A program made the position numbers and the translations under genes. DNA of 64,000 nucleotides from Octopus bimaculoides. Its lineage: Eukaryota. Shown here in pieces: positions 1 to 14,869 of this stretch. Position 1 is the stretch's first letter, and each line of letters begins with the position of its first letter. The notes under the pieces are model-generated. The model was not told the DNA's origin. It was given only the letters and a program-made list of their open reading frames with translations, and did not search any database. The stretch spans positions 85,616,025-85,680,024 of the forward strand of contig NC_068983.1 of the NCBI RefSeq assembly GCF_001194135.2, written 5' to 3'.

Positions 1-1009
1 AAAAAATTCTTTTAAATTGCTACCATGATTAACACTTTTGATGCCAATCCACATGAGACCATTCTTGGTTCTGTGACACCAATTTCCTGTTTCAAAGTAT
101 CTAAATTTAAACCTTCTCTCAAAATTTCATGTTAATTTGTTCCAAGCACCAGCTTAATAATAACCAAGTCATATTAATAAACTCTTCGTTATTTTGAAAA
201 TTAATTGAAAGACAGAAATATGTTATGGGTTAAATAAGCATTAAATATTTCCTATTTGATTTATCTTTTACTTGTTTCAGTCATTAAACAATGGCCATGC
301 TGGGGCACCACCTTGAGGAATTTTAGTCAAGCAAATCAACCCCAGTACTTATTTTTATTTTAAACCTGGTACTTATTCTATCAATCTCTTTTTGTCAAAC
401 CATTAAGTTATGGAGATGTAAACACACCAACACCAGTTGTCAAGCAGTGGCGAGGGACAAACACAGGCATACACACACACACACACACACACAACAGGCT
501 TTTTTCAGTTTTTGTTTACCAAATCTGCTCACAAGGCTTTGGTTGGCCTAGGTCATAGTAGAAGACACCTGCCCAAGATGCCCCACAGTGGAACTAAACC
601 AGGAACCATGTGGATGGAAAGCAAGCTTCTTACTGTACAGCCATGCCCATTAAACTTTTGCAGGATGTCATCTGGATATTTGTAACACAATCTAGTTATA
701 TTTAACACATCAAATGATGGGGGAACTAGAGGTTACACATAAAATAAAATCAACATTAGTCATATGGTGTGGTTAAGTGGATAAGAAGTTCACTTACAGC
801 CATGTGATTCCAAGATTAATCTCATTGAGCAACACTAAGAGCAAGTACCTATACCATGGCCTTGGGTAGACCTAGTTGTTGGTTAGTGAATGAATGTCTA
901 CTGCTCTCGACAAAAGATACATACAATGGTATGAATATAGCATAGCCATAACTAGCAAGTATGACTTGGCAATATGTACCATGCTTTCACTCATTGTTTT
1001 AACCTTTAA

Positions 1010-1399
1010 CCCTTTAGCATTCTGCCAAATGTAAAGCTTATTTATTCATATTGTTTTGAATTAATAAAGTATTGTCTTAAAGCTTTGAGATTTTTACGAT
1101 GTTATTATCTATTTTTAGAATGGTGTTGTAGGGTAGGTGTGAGAGGTTAGATCAGGCCAGTTTGAACATAAAACTGAAGGCCTATTTTGGCCAGATATGG
1201 CTGGTCTAAATACTAAAAGGTTACCCATTCCGATCATTCTGCCAAATTGTTCTGATAGCTTTGAGATTTTAATGATGGGACTGTTTATTTTTAGAATGAC
1301 AGTGTTGGGTAGGCATGAGAGTTTGGATCTGGCCAGTTTGAAAATAAAATAGAAACAATATTTTGGCCAGATATGGCTGGCTTAATAAATGCTAAAGGG
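1010..1399. mobile_element. piggyBac-like MITE with internal tandem duplication
   Basis: TTAA|ccctttagcatt ... aatgctaaaggg|TTAA. The internal ~170-bp unit (agctttgagatttt...ggccagatatggctgg) occurs twice. Confidence 0.8.
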
Positions 1400-2298
1400 T
1401 TAAAGTGTAGTCATGAGCAGATATAGATACTCTCAGCCACCCTGCTTCCTCATTGGCCCAGCAGAACATCCAGCATATGATAGCTAGAGAGAGGAGGGGC
1501 TGCAACCAGCACATGACTGATACTTATTTTTCAGCTGAATAAATGAAAGTAACTTGAAATAATATGCCTCCCTCAAGAAGATGAGATGCCACCTCATTTA
1601 GAATTGAACCTACATACAACTTGAGGCCAACACTGTAAACTAAACCATGCACCTGCGCATATAAGCAAGAAATCAAGTTACGCATACATTTTCTTATTGC
1701 TCATGCCATCAGAAGAAACATAGTAAATATTGATTTGCATGTTGGAAACCAATCACCAGTGATATTAGAAAAATAATGTTCAATATAAAATTGAAAGAAT
1801 AAAAAGTAAATATTTAAAATTAAAATATATTAGATACAAAATTCAACAGAAATATATTCACATGCATTCCTTTAGCCTTTAACTAGTTTCAGTCATTGGA
1901 CTGCAAACATACTCAAGAACTAACAGTTCTTTTTTTTATTTACTTTTCTATTGTTTGTGTCTTTCAGACACAATACCTATTTTACTGATCCATAGTTTAT
2001 CAAGTCATTAACAACTAGGATTCTGTTTCCGTTCTAAGTAAGAGGGAAATTTCATCATTATCATCGTCATTGTTTTAACATCCACTTTTCCATGCTCACA
2101 TCAGTCAGATGGATTTTGTTGAGGCAGATTTTCTAAGGCTGGATGCACTCCCTGTTGCCAATCCTCGCTTGTTTCCAAGTAAGGTAGTATTTTCCCATGA
2201 CCAGTTATGTTTTCACATTATACTGGAAAGGACACTGCTTGCATGAAGAGTGACACTTGTTTACAAATATCATGTGGCATCAAGACTAAGAGACAATA

Positions 2299-2330
<32 letters not shown>

Positions 2331-3374
2331 TTTCTCAGTGATTGTGAGTAATGGGTGCTCCAAACTTTTAAATAAACGGTCCAAATTAAACACACTCCAT
2401 ATAAGCTACATAGATGAATAAAGTTAATCTAAGAATATTACACACATGATAGATATATATATGCAACATCCATACTATATTTTTCTTTTATCAGTTTGAA
2501 GATGTCAATTATTGACAAACTGATTTGCACACACAAACAGATGCTTATACACAGGTGCACACAGCTTAAAAAGAAAAATAAATAACCTGAAAAGAAAAAT
2601 AAAGAACCTATGTTTACAAATATTATAAAATTTCAGACATGATAGTTGAAAAAGAAAAAGACTATCCTTGTTTTTAATCACAAAAAATATTACATATATA
2701 AATTATATGCATAGATACACAGTTGTGTATACACACACGTATGTATGCATGTGTGTGTATGTATATATATATATATATATATACAGACACACATTCATGC
2801 ACATATACATACATGTACACATACACATTTTTCAGTATGTGTGTATCTTTTTCATTCTTTTTTTTTTTTAAATTAGTAATTCACAAAAATAACATTAAAA
2901 CTATACAATTTATTAATTGTATTGTTTCTTACTTCCAAATTTGTTCTCAAATTTCAAATTTTGTAACAAAACTTCAAACATCACCTTTTATCCAACATAT
3001 TTAAAGACATCCAGCCAAGATGATCTGTGGCAATTCTGTTATATTTTCTGTTAAATCAACTGCTTTCCTTCCCATGAGATCAAGTCACACAGACAATCTG
3101 TTGACTGTCTGATTGGCAGGACAATACGAATGTTGCTGCTATGAATATTTCACACACACATACTCACACACAGCCTTCAAGGCCAAGATCAAAGCAGTCA
3201 ATATATCAGTTTGTCCATTTATGAAGTCTTGTTTGTGTAGCATCTTCACTCTATGACAAAAATTTGATTTTAATCAAAAATTCAGAAAAATAATACAAGT
3301 ATGTTTTATTAATTGCATTGATTTTCCCCACTTAGAAACAACTGTTTAATTTTATAGGGGCAGGTATGGGTGGG

Positions 3375-3482
<108 letters not shown>

Positions 3483-3959
3483 CTACTGTCTCCTGGATTT
3501 CATGTAATAGTTGTAAACATTGTACAGTAAAAAGCTTGCTTCCCAACCACATGGTTCCGGGTTCAGTCCCACTGCATAACACCTTGGTCAAGTGTCTTCT
3601 ACTATAGCCTCGGGCTAACTAAAGCCTTAGGAGTGGATTTGGTAGACAGAAACAGAAAGAAGCTTGTCATATATATGTACATGTCTATGTGTGTGTGTGT
3701 GTGTGTGTGCGCCCGAATGAACCTATGTTTGTCCCCCACCACCGCACCACTTGACAACCAGTGTTGGTGTGTTTACGTCCCTGTAATTTAGTGGTTCAGC
3801 AAAAAGATCAATGGAATAGTACTAGGCTTTAATTAAAATGAAGTCCTGGGGTCAATTTGTTCAACTAAAAACCCTTCAAAGCGGTGCCCTAGCATGGCCA
3901 CAGCCAATTGAAACAAGTGAAAGATAAAAGATAGATATCACCAATAAACAAACAGAATC

Positions 3960-4145
3960 CTTTGTTTCCAGTCTCACATGAAAACATGTCTGGTCATGAG
4001 GACTATTACCTTAATTGGAAAACAGGTGAGGGTTGCTGACAGGAAAGGCATCTGGCTGTAGAAAGTCCACCTCAACAAATTCCATCCAACCAATGAGAGC
4101 CTGAGTAAAGCGGATATTAAATGATGATGACTAGTGATGATGATT
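3960..4145 (+). mobile_element. (GAT)n-tailed short retroposon family (representative copy)
   Basis: attaccttaattggaaaacaggtgagggttgctgacaggaaaggcatctggctgtagaaa...attaaatgatgatga. Recurs at ~2070-2290(-), 4560-4720, 20800-21050(-), 26150-26400(-), 41150-41370(-), 43800-44000, 52820-53010, 58130-58320, 61100-61320 and 61570-61740. Confidence 0.8.
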
Positions 4146-4406
4146 TTTGCTTCCACATCTGTGTGTGTGTGTTATTTATGTTGAAGTTTTAAAATATATA
4201 AGTGCTCAATAGAACCTTATGTTGGTAAAGTCAAGCATCAATTTATGTGACAAATTTGGTCAGGTGGGCATGTGTACCAACAGATTGGAAAGCAACAAAA
4301 TGATTTTACACATCACTTTCCTGTCTGGTGACATAGTCAGCTGACCAAATGCAACTTAAGATTCAGGTATACATACACCTTGTTAATCTCACATAAATTA
4401 CCAGAC

Positions 4407-4442
<36 letters not shown>

Positions 4443-4498
4443 GGTGGTGGGATGAAGCTTTGTCAGTGGATTTGGCAGACAGAAAATGAAGAATGCCC

Positions 4499-4552
<54 letters not shown>

Positions 4553-6728
4553 ATGTACACCCTTCTCTAGGCATCACATGATGGCTGTAAGAGAACTATG
4601 GGAAAGTAATACCTTGGTTGGAAGCAGGTGAAGGTTAGCAACAGGAAGGGCATCCAGCTGTAAACATCTATCTGACCCATATAAATATGGGAAAGTGGAC
4701 ATTGAATGATGATGATGTTGATATATATAAAGGAAGCATTAAAAATAATCAATGCATGGCAATATAGTTTAATATTTAATTAATATTTAATTCTAATCTG
4801 GACTTGTTTGATGTATTCGATTAAGAGGTCTTCTGCTTTTTCAGTTTTACAAACAGAATATTAGAGGAAGTCATCCAGCTATTATATCACTCCATCTGCT
4901 TCTATAAGAAACATAACACTAAAGGTAACAATCATAATACTGATGTGCTAATAATAGCAGTTATGGTGGTGATGCTATGATAGCAGTTGTGATATTGTTT
5001 AGCAGTCAGCCCTTACTGAGCAGGCCTATGATCAGAAGGCATTCAAGCCTCCCCACCCCCTACAACCCCGAGAGTGCATCCATGATCACATTATCCAATA
5101 CATTCATTTCATTTTTGAAACCTATAAAGTATGATTTGAGAGAGATTTGGCTGTTATTTCTAGCCATTGTTGGCTCATGGTGATGATGGCAAAAGTGGTA
5201 ATAGTGATGTTGATAGAAGGAAGCACTGGTGTTGTATTTTGGGGCTTATGATGATGTTAGTGATGCTGGTGAGAAAGATGATGATGATGATCCAGCTAAA
5301 TATTGGTTATAAAGTATGACAAAATTCAGTCTATAAACTCAACATCTAGAGATTTTTCACAAACTATTGAGCAGAGGGGTAGTTTTACAGCTAAAAACAT
5401 TTCCTGATGCTTAGAGAACAAAATGTGAAGCTGGAATGCTATCATATTATCCAAAGATATCCATTAACTTAACAATTTAACTCTTCAGTCAGAGAACTTA
5501 TCAAAACTACAGAAGCAGACTTCATTATGCTAGCTTCAGAAAAGATAACAATTAAATTAGATCCTTTCAAATATCAGCTGAGCAGGTTTACCTTCAGCAC
5601 CTTTGCTATTACAACCCCACCCCCCTCACCACCCCCACCACTACTAATCTAATATAGTCAATTACTAAAAACAAGGTGCCTCTTTTTTTTCTATCCAGTT
5701 TGTTTCCTTAATCCAATGACTGAACATTGTTTGTTGCTGCTGCTATCTTAGAAATTACCAAAGCTAGAATGTTCAAATATTTTCCAACAATTATTACTAA
5801 TTTATCATTAAGGCAGCAAGCTGGCAGAATCGTTAGCATGCCAGACAAAACGCTTAGCAGCATTCTTTCTGACTTTATGTTCTTAGTTCAAACACTGTTA
5901 AGGTCAACTTTGCTTTTAATCCATTCGGGGTTGATGAAATAAGTATCAGTTAAGTACTAGGGTCAATGAAATAAGTACCAGTCAAGTATTGGGGAGTTNN
6001 NNNNNNNNNNNNNNNNNNNNNNNNNNNNNNNNNNNNNNNNNNNNNNNNNNNNNNNNNNNNNNNNNNNNNNNNNNNNNNNNNNNNNNNNNNNNNNNNNNNN
6101 NNNNNGGGGGGGCAATGTAATCAACAAGCCTCCTTCACCCAAAATTTCAAGCCTTGTGCCTATAATAGACAGGATTATTATTATTATTATTATTACTATT
6201 ATTATCATCAGCAGCAGCACACTAAACAGGATGCTTAACAGCATTTCATCCATCTTCACATTCTGAGTTCAAATTCTGCAGAGGTTCGACTTTGCATTTC
6301 ATCCTTTCAGGTCAATAAAATGAGTATCAGTTGACCACTGGAGTCAATGTAATAGACTTACTCAATCCTCCCAAATTGCTGGCCTTGTGCCAAAATTTGG
6401 AATCATTATTATTATTATTATTATTATTAAAAAAGTGGCAAGTCATCCTTTCTGGGTAGATAAAATAAGCATTAGTTGAACACTGGAATCAATGTAATTG
6501 ACTAACCACCTTCCTTAAAATTTGAAACCATTATTATTATTTATTGATTTTGACACACATATGAAGATACACACACATATACAAAGACACAAGGACAAAC
6601 ACAAAGGCTTCTACACAGTTCCCATCTATCAGATTCATTCACAGGACATTGGTCAGCCTCGGGCTATTTATTATACAAGACACTTGTTTAAAGTGTTGAG
6701 CAGTGGAACTGAACTTGAAACCATCTGA

Positions 6729-6782
6729 TTGCAAAACAATCTTCTAAACCAGACATTGCAAAACAATCTTCTAAACCAGACA
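6729..6782 (+). repeat. Perfect 27-bp tandem duplication
   Basis: ttgcaaaacaatcttctaaaccagaca repeated twice. Confidence 0.95.
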
Positions 6783-7447
6783 TCCATATATTCAACTTCA
6801 GCACAAAGCTACACATTTTAGGAGAAGGAATAGCTGGTTTCAACAATCACTGACTTGTACTAATATAAGTACAAAAAGTATAAAAAAGCAATGCCAGTGA
6901 AATTTGAACTCAACACAAGGAGATGCAACTAAATAGGCACAAAGCAATTCGTTTCTTGTTCTACTAATTCTGCTGTCTACCAACAGAATGGCAGAAACGA
7001 TAGACTGCCAAATTAAATACATTTTATTATATAATTCTGATCCTTTAGTTAAAAGGGCAAGTCAAAACTTGCTTGACATCTATTCTGGGACTGATGAAAA
7101 TGCTAAGAGAGCTAGACTAAATGTTTCGCATTTTATATCATCTAACCTCAACACCTAAGTTCACCTAAGTTCAGATCTTGCTAGGAGCAGCTTTAGTGTT
7201 CTTCTTTCATTTGGGAATGACAAAATATAATACCAGTTATGCACACTGAGGTTAGTTTGATAAAATATACTCCAGGGAATTAGAAGTCACTACACAATTC
7301 TATAGATTGTTGTTGTTTAGCACTAATCAACTCTGACTGATGAGATCTGTGTACAACAGCATTCGAGCCCTGACTATCCCAGTTTTGCATATCAAGGACT
7401 GGCATGCAATTTTTCATTAATCCAAAAGGCTAAACTTTGATGTTTAA

Positions 7448-7793
7448 CCCTTTTATTACCCTATCTCTGTTGAAATATACTACCTTTGTTTCATTTAATT
7501 TTGAAAATAATGAAGTCGTCATCATCATCATCATCATCGTTTAAAGTCCGCTTTCCATGCTAGCATGAGATGGACGATCTGACTGAGGACTGGCGAACCA
7601 GATGGCTGCACCAGGCTCCAATCTGATCTGGCAGAGTTTCTACAATTTAATAAAATAACTCAGTCATTATTAAGCTGGGGTTTGGGAACATAGATTAAAG
7701 TGAAATTTCGATGAAAGTTCTTAGATTACTTTGGAACAAGAAGTTTTTATGATTGAACCAGAGGTGGTCTCAGGAGGGTTGATATCAAAAGGG
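7448..7793. mobile_element. piggyBac-like MITE (second family) with nested SINE-like fragment at ~7520-7645
   Basis: TTAA|cccttttattacc ... gatatcaaaaggg|TTAA. Related fragments at 1-234, 16140-16378 and 23070-23200. Confidence 0.75.
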
Positions 7794-8972
7794 TTAAAAG
7801 AAAAAGAAGGAAAGAGGTAAGAAAATCAGAGGATATGAGAATAGACAGAACTGTGTAAGAAACATAGACAGTTGCCAACATTATTGAGACACTTTGCTAT
7901 ACTCAGCTTTCTTATATACATCTTAAGGTTAGTTAACCATTAAATTGATGGCTGTCTACTTGAAGGACCTATTAAGATATTTGCACCAATTTGAAGATAT
8001 TACTTACTTAAATGGAAACAAGAAGATAAAATATTCCATAATGAGAACCAATGAAGAGAAAAACAAAAACAGGTGGGGAATTCCATTTCCAAATTTTATT
8101 TTCATGCATCCTCAGTTCAAGATAAGAACTGACAAGGCTATTCCAGATATCTTCTAATCACTTATGTTATCTTATTTAATCTCAAATTTTGTTTTACATT
8201 CATTCATTTTTTTCTCTCTCCCAAACTCCAAACTATCAATTCCTATTTCACTTGGAAATGTTAACAAAGAGAATTACACAAGAGAAAAATATGCTAAAAT
8301 TAATAACTAAATTGAAAAATTAATTTCTAAATGAGAGAGAAAGAAATCAGGTGATTCAGTGCTAATTTTATATTAATCTTCTTTCTCTAGAATCAATATA
8401 AGATGTATGTAGAGTGGGGGAACAAGAGAGAAGACACAATTACTATGAAAGTTTTTACATATTGATGTAAGCCTCCAAGGAACCAAAAGACATTTTCAAA
8501 AAATATCACTAGCTTCATAAGCAGGGCATGTTTACCCCAAACATAATGGAGAGTGAGTGATAATAAAAAGGAAACAGTCTATCAGATCATTCGGTTACAC
8601 TTTACTTATGTTTCAACTACTTCAAATTTCAAAAGAGAATAAAAAGTAGGGAAGAAAATGTAAGTATATTTACAAATCAAGCCCAAGTGAAAATTACTAT
8701 AAGCTGACAAAGACATGTATAGTTGATTTCACACTGACAAAAGTCTAAGATAGCTACCAACCAATTACACAGAGGGAAGAAAGCAGCAGCAGCAGAAATG
8801 GTAGTCCAACTGCTTCTACTTTCTGTTTTTATCTAATCAATAGAAATTAAATTTCATTTAAGTTTTATTCAGATCATATGCTCAGTTTCATATATTTAAG
8901 TAGAAGAGCTAGGGTCAATGACCGACAAGATTAAGTAACAACAACAACAATAGCAATAATAACAATAACAAT

Positions 8973-9016
<44 letters not shown>

Positions 9017-9997
9017 AAACAACAATAATCTTTTATACACACACAGACACAAAACAACGACAATAATAATCTTTTTTATATATATGTGGTGGNNNNNNNN
9101 NNNNNNNNNNNNNNNNNNNNNNNNNNNNNNNNNGGGTAGAGAGAAAGAAAAGAGAAAGTCTATTCATTATGATCTTTGCACAAATGTTACATCACCTAAT
9201 GGGTAAAAGAATTTTCTTCATAGAATTGTACTTTTTTTCCTCCTCGTTTACTAATGAAATCAATAACCTATAATCAGTCAGATCCAGCAGTAAGATTTCC
9301 AATACCAGGCTAGACATACAAATGCCCAACCCCTTCACTCCCTACTCGTTATTTCCTATAATACTTGCTATGTTTTGATGCTTGCATACTTAAGAAGGAT
9401 CTAGATAATTTAAAGTGGCACCATTAAAAAAAAAAAAGTGGCAAAAATAAATAAATAAACCCTTAATGTACCTCTGGATAACTGTTGAAGACTTTGATTT
9501 CATGTTTGTATCATCATAAGAAAATTAAAGCCACAAAGTTCATTCTTCTTCAGGCTATTGGCTACTGCTAGCTAGACAGTGTGAATGCACCGAGAGAAGA
9601 GAAATAACTCAATTTCTAAACTGAAATGGCATTGACCTCATATTTCCTTTTTTTTTTTAAAGTTTCATATCTAATTTTTCAACAATAACATTGTTGCTTA
9701 CAGGTTTACACTGGATCGACCTATCACTGGTTTACTGTCTTGTTGATGGTGAGAGTGACAAGAGAATGTGTAGTGTATTTTTTTTTTATTCAAAAACACT
9801 AGTGTTGTTTTTCTCAATACAGCTTATATCTTTTTTGCTTGCATGCAAATGCATATATACACACATACACACATACTCATAGCTATTTATCAAACTTGAT
9901 GCTGACCATCTACAAGTGTGAACCCTTTTATGAATGTACATCCACATCCATTTTCTTCAACTACAGATCCTTTGATCTTGATCAAGAAAACCATATA

Positions 9998-10431
9998 GGC
10001 GCAGGAGTGGCTGTGAGATAAGTAGCTTGCTTACCAATCACATGGTTCCGGGTTCAGTCCCACTGTGTGGCACCTTGGGCAAGTGTCTTCTACTATAGCC
10101 TCGGGCCAACCAAAGCCTTGTGAGTGGATTTGGTAGACAGAAACTGAAAGAAGCCTGTTGTATATATGTGTGTGTGTATATATATGTGTGTGTGTATATA
10201 TATGTGTGTGTTTGTCTGTGTTTGTCCCCCCCCCCCCCCCACCATCGCTTGACAACCGATGCTGGTGTGTTTACATCCCCATAACTTAGCGGTTCGGCAA
10301 AAAGAGACCGATAGAATAAATACTAGTCTTACAAAGAATAAGTCCTGGGGTCGATTTTCTCGACTAAAGGCGGTGCTCCAGCATGGCCGCAGTCAAATGA
10401 CTGAAACAAGTAAAAGAGTAAAAAAAGAGTA
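9998..10431 (+). mobile_element. tRNA-derived SINE, dominant family in the window (full-length copy)
   Basis: Head ggcgcaggagtggctgtg with A-box-like TGGCTGTG and B-box-like GGTTCAGTCCC. Central ggcaagtgtcttctactatagcctcgggcc...gtggatttggtagac, internal (TG)n, and tail gactgaaacaagtaaaagag. Confidence 0.9.
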
Positions 10432-12329
10432 AGGGATTGTATTTCTTCATCACAAATGTATGCATGATACCATGACTGCTACAATGACAATGAACAACTC
10501 TAAGGTCCAAGATCCATGATCCTCATTACAGGTGAAATTATCTGCGATATTGGGGATGCATAATTCCTATTATCTCTATCTTCACTGAGGAAGAGACATA
10601 TCCAATGGTAAGACAGGCTGCTAGAAATCCAGTCTGTCTGTAGCCGCTTTAAAGAGTAACCACCACAGCCTGTCTCATTTTCAGAGTACACTTCACTTTT
10701 CCTTTCTTCAACTTACCCCAAAAGCAGTAGAGCAGTGCAGACGGATTGCCCCTACCATAGTCAGATAGCCCTATCTACTCCTCTTCAAAAGATAGGTTCT
10801 TACAAGGACTAAGGGTCCAATCATTCTCTAAGTGGTCTTACATTACATTTATCACCACTAAGTATTTCTATGTCCCCATGAAATATTGACTTCAAATTTT
10901 GGCACTAGCCCAGCAATTTCAGGGTGGACATAAGTCGATTACATTGACCCCAGTACTTAACTAGTACTTATTTTATTGACCCCAAAAGGATGAAAGGCAA
11001 AGTTGATTTCAGCAGAATTTGAACTCAATATATGAAGACAGACAAAATGTCGCTAAGCAATTTGCCTGGCACAGTAATGATTCTGCCAGCTTGCCACTTT
11101 ACATCCTCACTTGGTGGTAGTTTAGTTATCAATGGTACAACCATGTAACAGTTTGTACTGAATTACATGTTACTAATCACACTCAAAGCAACCAGACTTA
11201 TGCACAAACATACATGTACTTGTTTACACATATAGACTCACTTGCATGTATACTCTCTCTGTGTTGCATGCAGAATACTACATTCACTGTCAGTAAAGAA
11301 TTTGACCAAGTTTTACCTTGAAAATAAAAGCCCTTTTAATCATCAGCAACCCTATTTTGCCTTGTCAAGTTTGCCACAGCCTACTATTTACTTGCAGCAG
11401 AATAAAAATGCATTCCCATTTTACATCTTCTGCAGATTGTAGCAATTTATTCTGTATTTTGTCTTCCACATTGGCTGGATCTAGATTTTCTATAAAGCCA
11501 ACAAAAAATTAGATCAGCTCTACATATCTTACTACAATAGCTATAACTTACACATTCATTGAACCATAAATATCAAGCAAATTTGATCCAAAACACCAAG
11601 TAACTTCACTTATCTTGCAAAACAGAGAGCAACAACATCTTTTCTCTCAGAGAAATGACTCCATTGTTAGAGAAAGAAAGGAGTGAATCCCATAAAAATA
11701 TTTACAACTACATCTACCATTTCCAAAAGTAGATAACAATGCATAATTTCCTGGATAATTAATACATTGATATGAATAGAGCATAAAAGATGATAGTTGA
11801 TAATTCTATATTTAAGATTGGATAGTGGAACCATTTGGCAATGTAAAAGATAACCTTCCAATAGAAAAAGAAAAGTCACGGTAGTATGTTTCTTAGATCG
11901 AATCAGCAGTAAACTTTAAGCTAATATCAGTTTCAAATTTTGACACAAGGCCAGTAATATTGTGGGTGGGTGTAATAAATCAATTACATCAACCCCAGTG
12001 CTCAACTTTATCGACCTCAAAAGGATGAACCTTGGTGGAATTTGAACTCAGAACATAAAGGCAGACGAAATGCCGCTAAGCATTTTGTCTGGTATGCTAA
12101 TGATTCTGCCAGCTCACCACCTTATTTTAAGCTAAAATTGTGAAGAGGAAAAAGCAATCTCTGTCATAGATATTTGTTAATTTTTCATAGATATCTGAAA
12201 ACTCAGAGCACTTAACTAGATATCACTTCATTTACTGTGGTTTAATGGTGCAGATTAAATTAATGAATAAATATGAAATTAGTTTCATTATATTTCAGCA
12301 CCAACAACTGATGATACTCAATCTATCCA

Positions 12330-13990
12330 ACCATCTTCTCCACTATTCCTGGGAGGATCAAGTGGGTAGAATCCTCAGGCATTTCTTCCATAGGGTCCTA
12401 TCAGAAGAAGCTATCATTACACTTTCCAACCAAACTCCCAAGTGTGACCAACCATCTCATTCTTGGTCTATCCCTAGGTCTCCTGCTGGTTGGCTCAGCT
12501 TGAAAAATCTACTTTGCAATTTTTTTCTGTGAATTCTATCAGGTCAATAAGAAAGAAATGTCTGATTTTCTTATGCACCAAGTTTGATAGTCGTTAATTC
12601 TAATCCTGACAATTCTTCATTTTACAAAACTGAAGAGTTACATCACATTTCGAAATGCAATTCATGGTGTCTGATTATATTATGAGTTTTCTCTTGTAAA
12701 TCAACTTTTGTGAACCCATGGTTCCATCGTGGAACTAATGCATCACAGACAACTCGAAACATCAATGAGGTGTTTGGTGAAGATGTGGCGGATGAGTGCA
12801 ATGTATATTGATGGTTTGAGAAGTTCCAGTCGGGTGACTTTACTCTTGAAAATCAGCTCTGTGGTAGACGTGAGACCAAGGTGGATAATGATGAGCTGAA
12901 AACTGTAGTGGAAGCGCATACATCTCAAACTAAGTGTGAGTTAGCAACAAAGTTTCATGTTTCAACTCCAACTTTATTGGACCATCTGAAACAAATCAGC
13001 AAGGTAAAGAAGCTGGACAAGTGGGTACCACATGAACTGAACAAGCATCAAATGACATGTCATCTTGAAACTTGCTGTTCTTTGCTGTCACAGCATAAAA
13101 GCAAACCATTTTTGCATTGTATTGTTATGGGTAATGAAAAATGGATTCTTTTCAACAATAGCAAGTGTTCTGCATGGTGGTTGGATAGACAAAGTGCCAA
13201 AACACAATCCAAAAAAGAATATTCACCAAAAAAAGCTAGTGGTGTCTGTTTGGTGGTCCAGTGCTGGTGTCATCCACTACAGCTTCATGAGACCTGGTAA
13301 GTCAATTACTGTGGATGTATATATCAACCAACTGGATGAGTGAACTTGCAATTAAACAACCGAGATTGGTCAATAGAGACAGACCAATTCTCTTGCAAGA
13401 CAATGCTCAACCACATGTTGCACAAAGAACGCTACCCAAGTTACAGGAACTGAACTCGGAAGTACTCTGTCATCCACCATATTCACCAAACCTTGCACCA
13501 ACTGACTATCATTTCCAGGCATTACACAACTTTTTGCAAGGCAAAAACTTCAAATCTGAAGAAGATGCAAAAATAGTCTTTTGTGATTTCATCACCTCTT
13601 GCTCTCCAGAATTCTTTGCTGCTGCTGGCATAAATAAGCTACTGATAAAACAGCAAAACTGTGTTGATAATTTAGGTGCATACTTTGATTAACTGCATTT
13701 AGATAAAGTAAAATAAACTTTCAGTTCAAAATCAGACAATTCCTTCTTAATGACATGATGTCTGTATCTGTAGTACCGGAGCTGTAACTTCACAATGCAG
13801 AGAAATAGTGTCTCAGCCTGGCGAGGCTCCCTGTTGAACAATGTTACTCCAGAAATCCTTCAGAGGAAACCCATTTCAGCTATTTGTATTTTGTGATTGT
13901 ACTCTTTTGGTCATTACCCAACATCCATGACAAGAGGTGAAGGTTAGGTATGAAAGCCATATTCAAGATAGCAAGTTTTTTTTGTTTTTT
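12330..13990 (-). mobile_element. RTE LINE fragment split by the mariner insertion (pieces ~12330-12536 and ~13761-13990)
   Basis: The right piece translates to MTKRVQSQ..EMGFL*RISGVTL. The left piece translates to RRPRDRPRMRW. The two are in colinear order around the mariner. Confidence 0.65.
12537..13760 (+). mobile_element. Mariner (Tc1/mariner, DD34D) DNA transposon, full-length but frameshifted
   Basis: 33-bp TIRs at 12537-12569 (tatcaggtcaataagaaagaaatgtctgatttt) and 13728-13760, 5 mismatches. Transposase is split over ORFs 12881-13300, 13065-13343 and 13315-13692, with the mariner motifs WVPHEL, ILLQDNAQPH and YSPNLAPTDYH. Confidence 0.95.
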
Positions 13991-14869
13991 TTGCCAACAT
14001 CTCCCCTTCTGAGAGTCAAATACTGGAACTGGTGCTTAATCTATGCAGAAAAATTTAATTTTACTGTTTTATATGCTATATTAGGTAGAGGTTTATAGGC
14101 ATATAAATCCAGACATTTACATGGATTACATGAGGGGGGTTTTTTTGTTTTGTTTACACCACAAAATTGGATGCCCTTCCTAAAACTATTCAATGAAAAC
14201 TGAAAAATGTGTCCCCTTATCAGACAAAATTAGCAGGCAAATCAGTAGAGTGCTCAAGCCTCTTGTTGAGGAAAACTACCTGACAATGGCCACCTACCTG
14301 GCAGTTTGTCTCTGGGTATCATTGTAGTTAGTACATAGCACTATGCTCTTCATTTTAACTGTCCTATGATTATTCATGCAACATACCATGGTGATCATAC
14401 TACACTTACACTGCTGGCCACCTGCCAGTTACAGGTGTCCAACTGCAGCTGCCACCAACCATCCTGTGTAGATGGAAACACACCACTGGGCAAGGCTCAA
14501 CTGTGTAGATGCAACTTAACCAACACCAATCATTTATCGGTCATTATATCATCTATATTTAATAAAAAATCTATAAAAGTGAAGCTCTTTAATATAATGC
14601 TCCTTTTCAATGAGCTGTAGTGTTTGCATTTTTTAAAAATATTTTATCCAAAAGACAACGTTAAAGAATATTTACCATTAGTAAAAAGTAAACAAATATA
14701 TATCAGCATCCATGTTTGCTTTGGAAAAAATGTAAAGTGAAAAAGGTATTTGGTAAAAATTGAATGAATTAAAATTTCATATAAGTAAACAATAAAAATT
14801 ACAAAAAAAAAAGCTGTAAATCTTTAAAAATCATGTCTAGTAAAACAGTTAAAAACATTTTATTCATCC

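Noticed and set aside
9704-9748. 45-nt plus-strand exon candidate (VYTGSTYHWFTVLLM or LHWIDLSLVYCLVD)
   Set aside because: Reasonable splice signals but no recognisable homology and no compatible partner exons.
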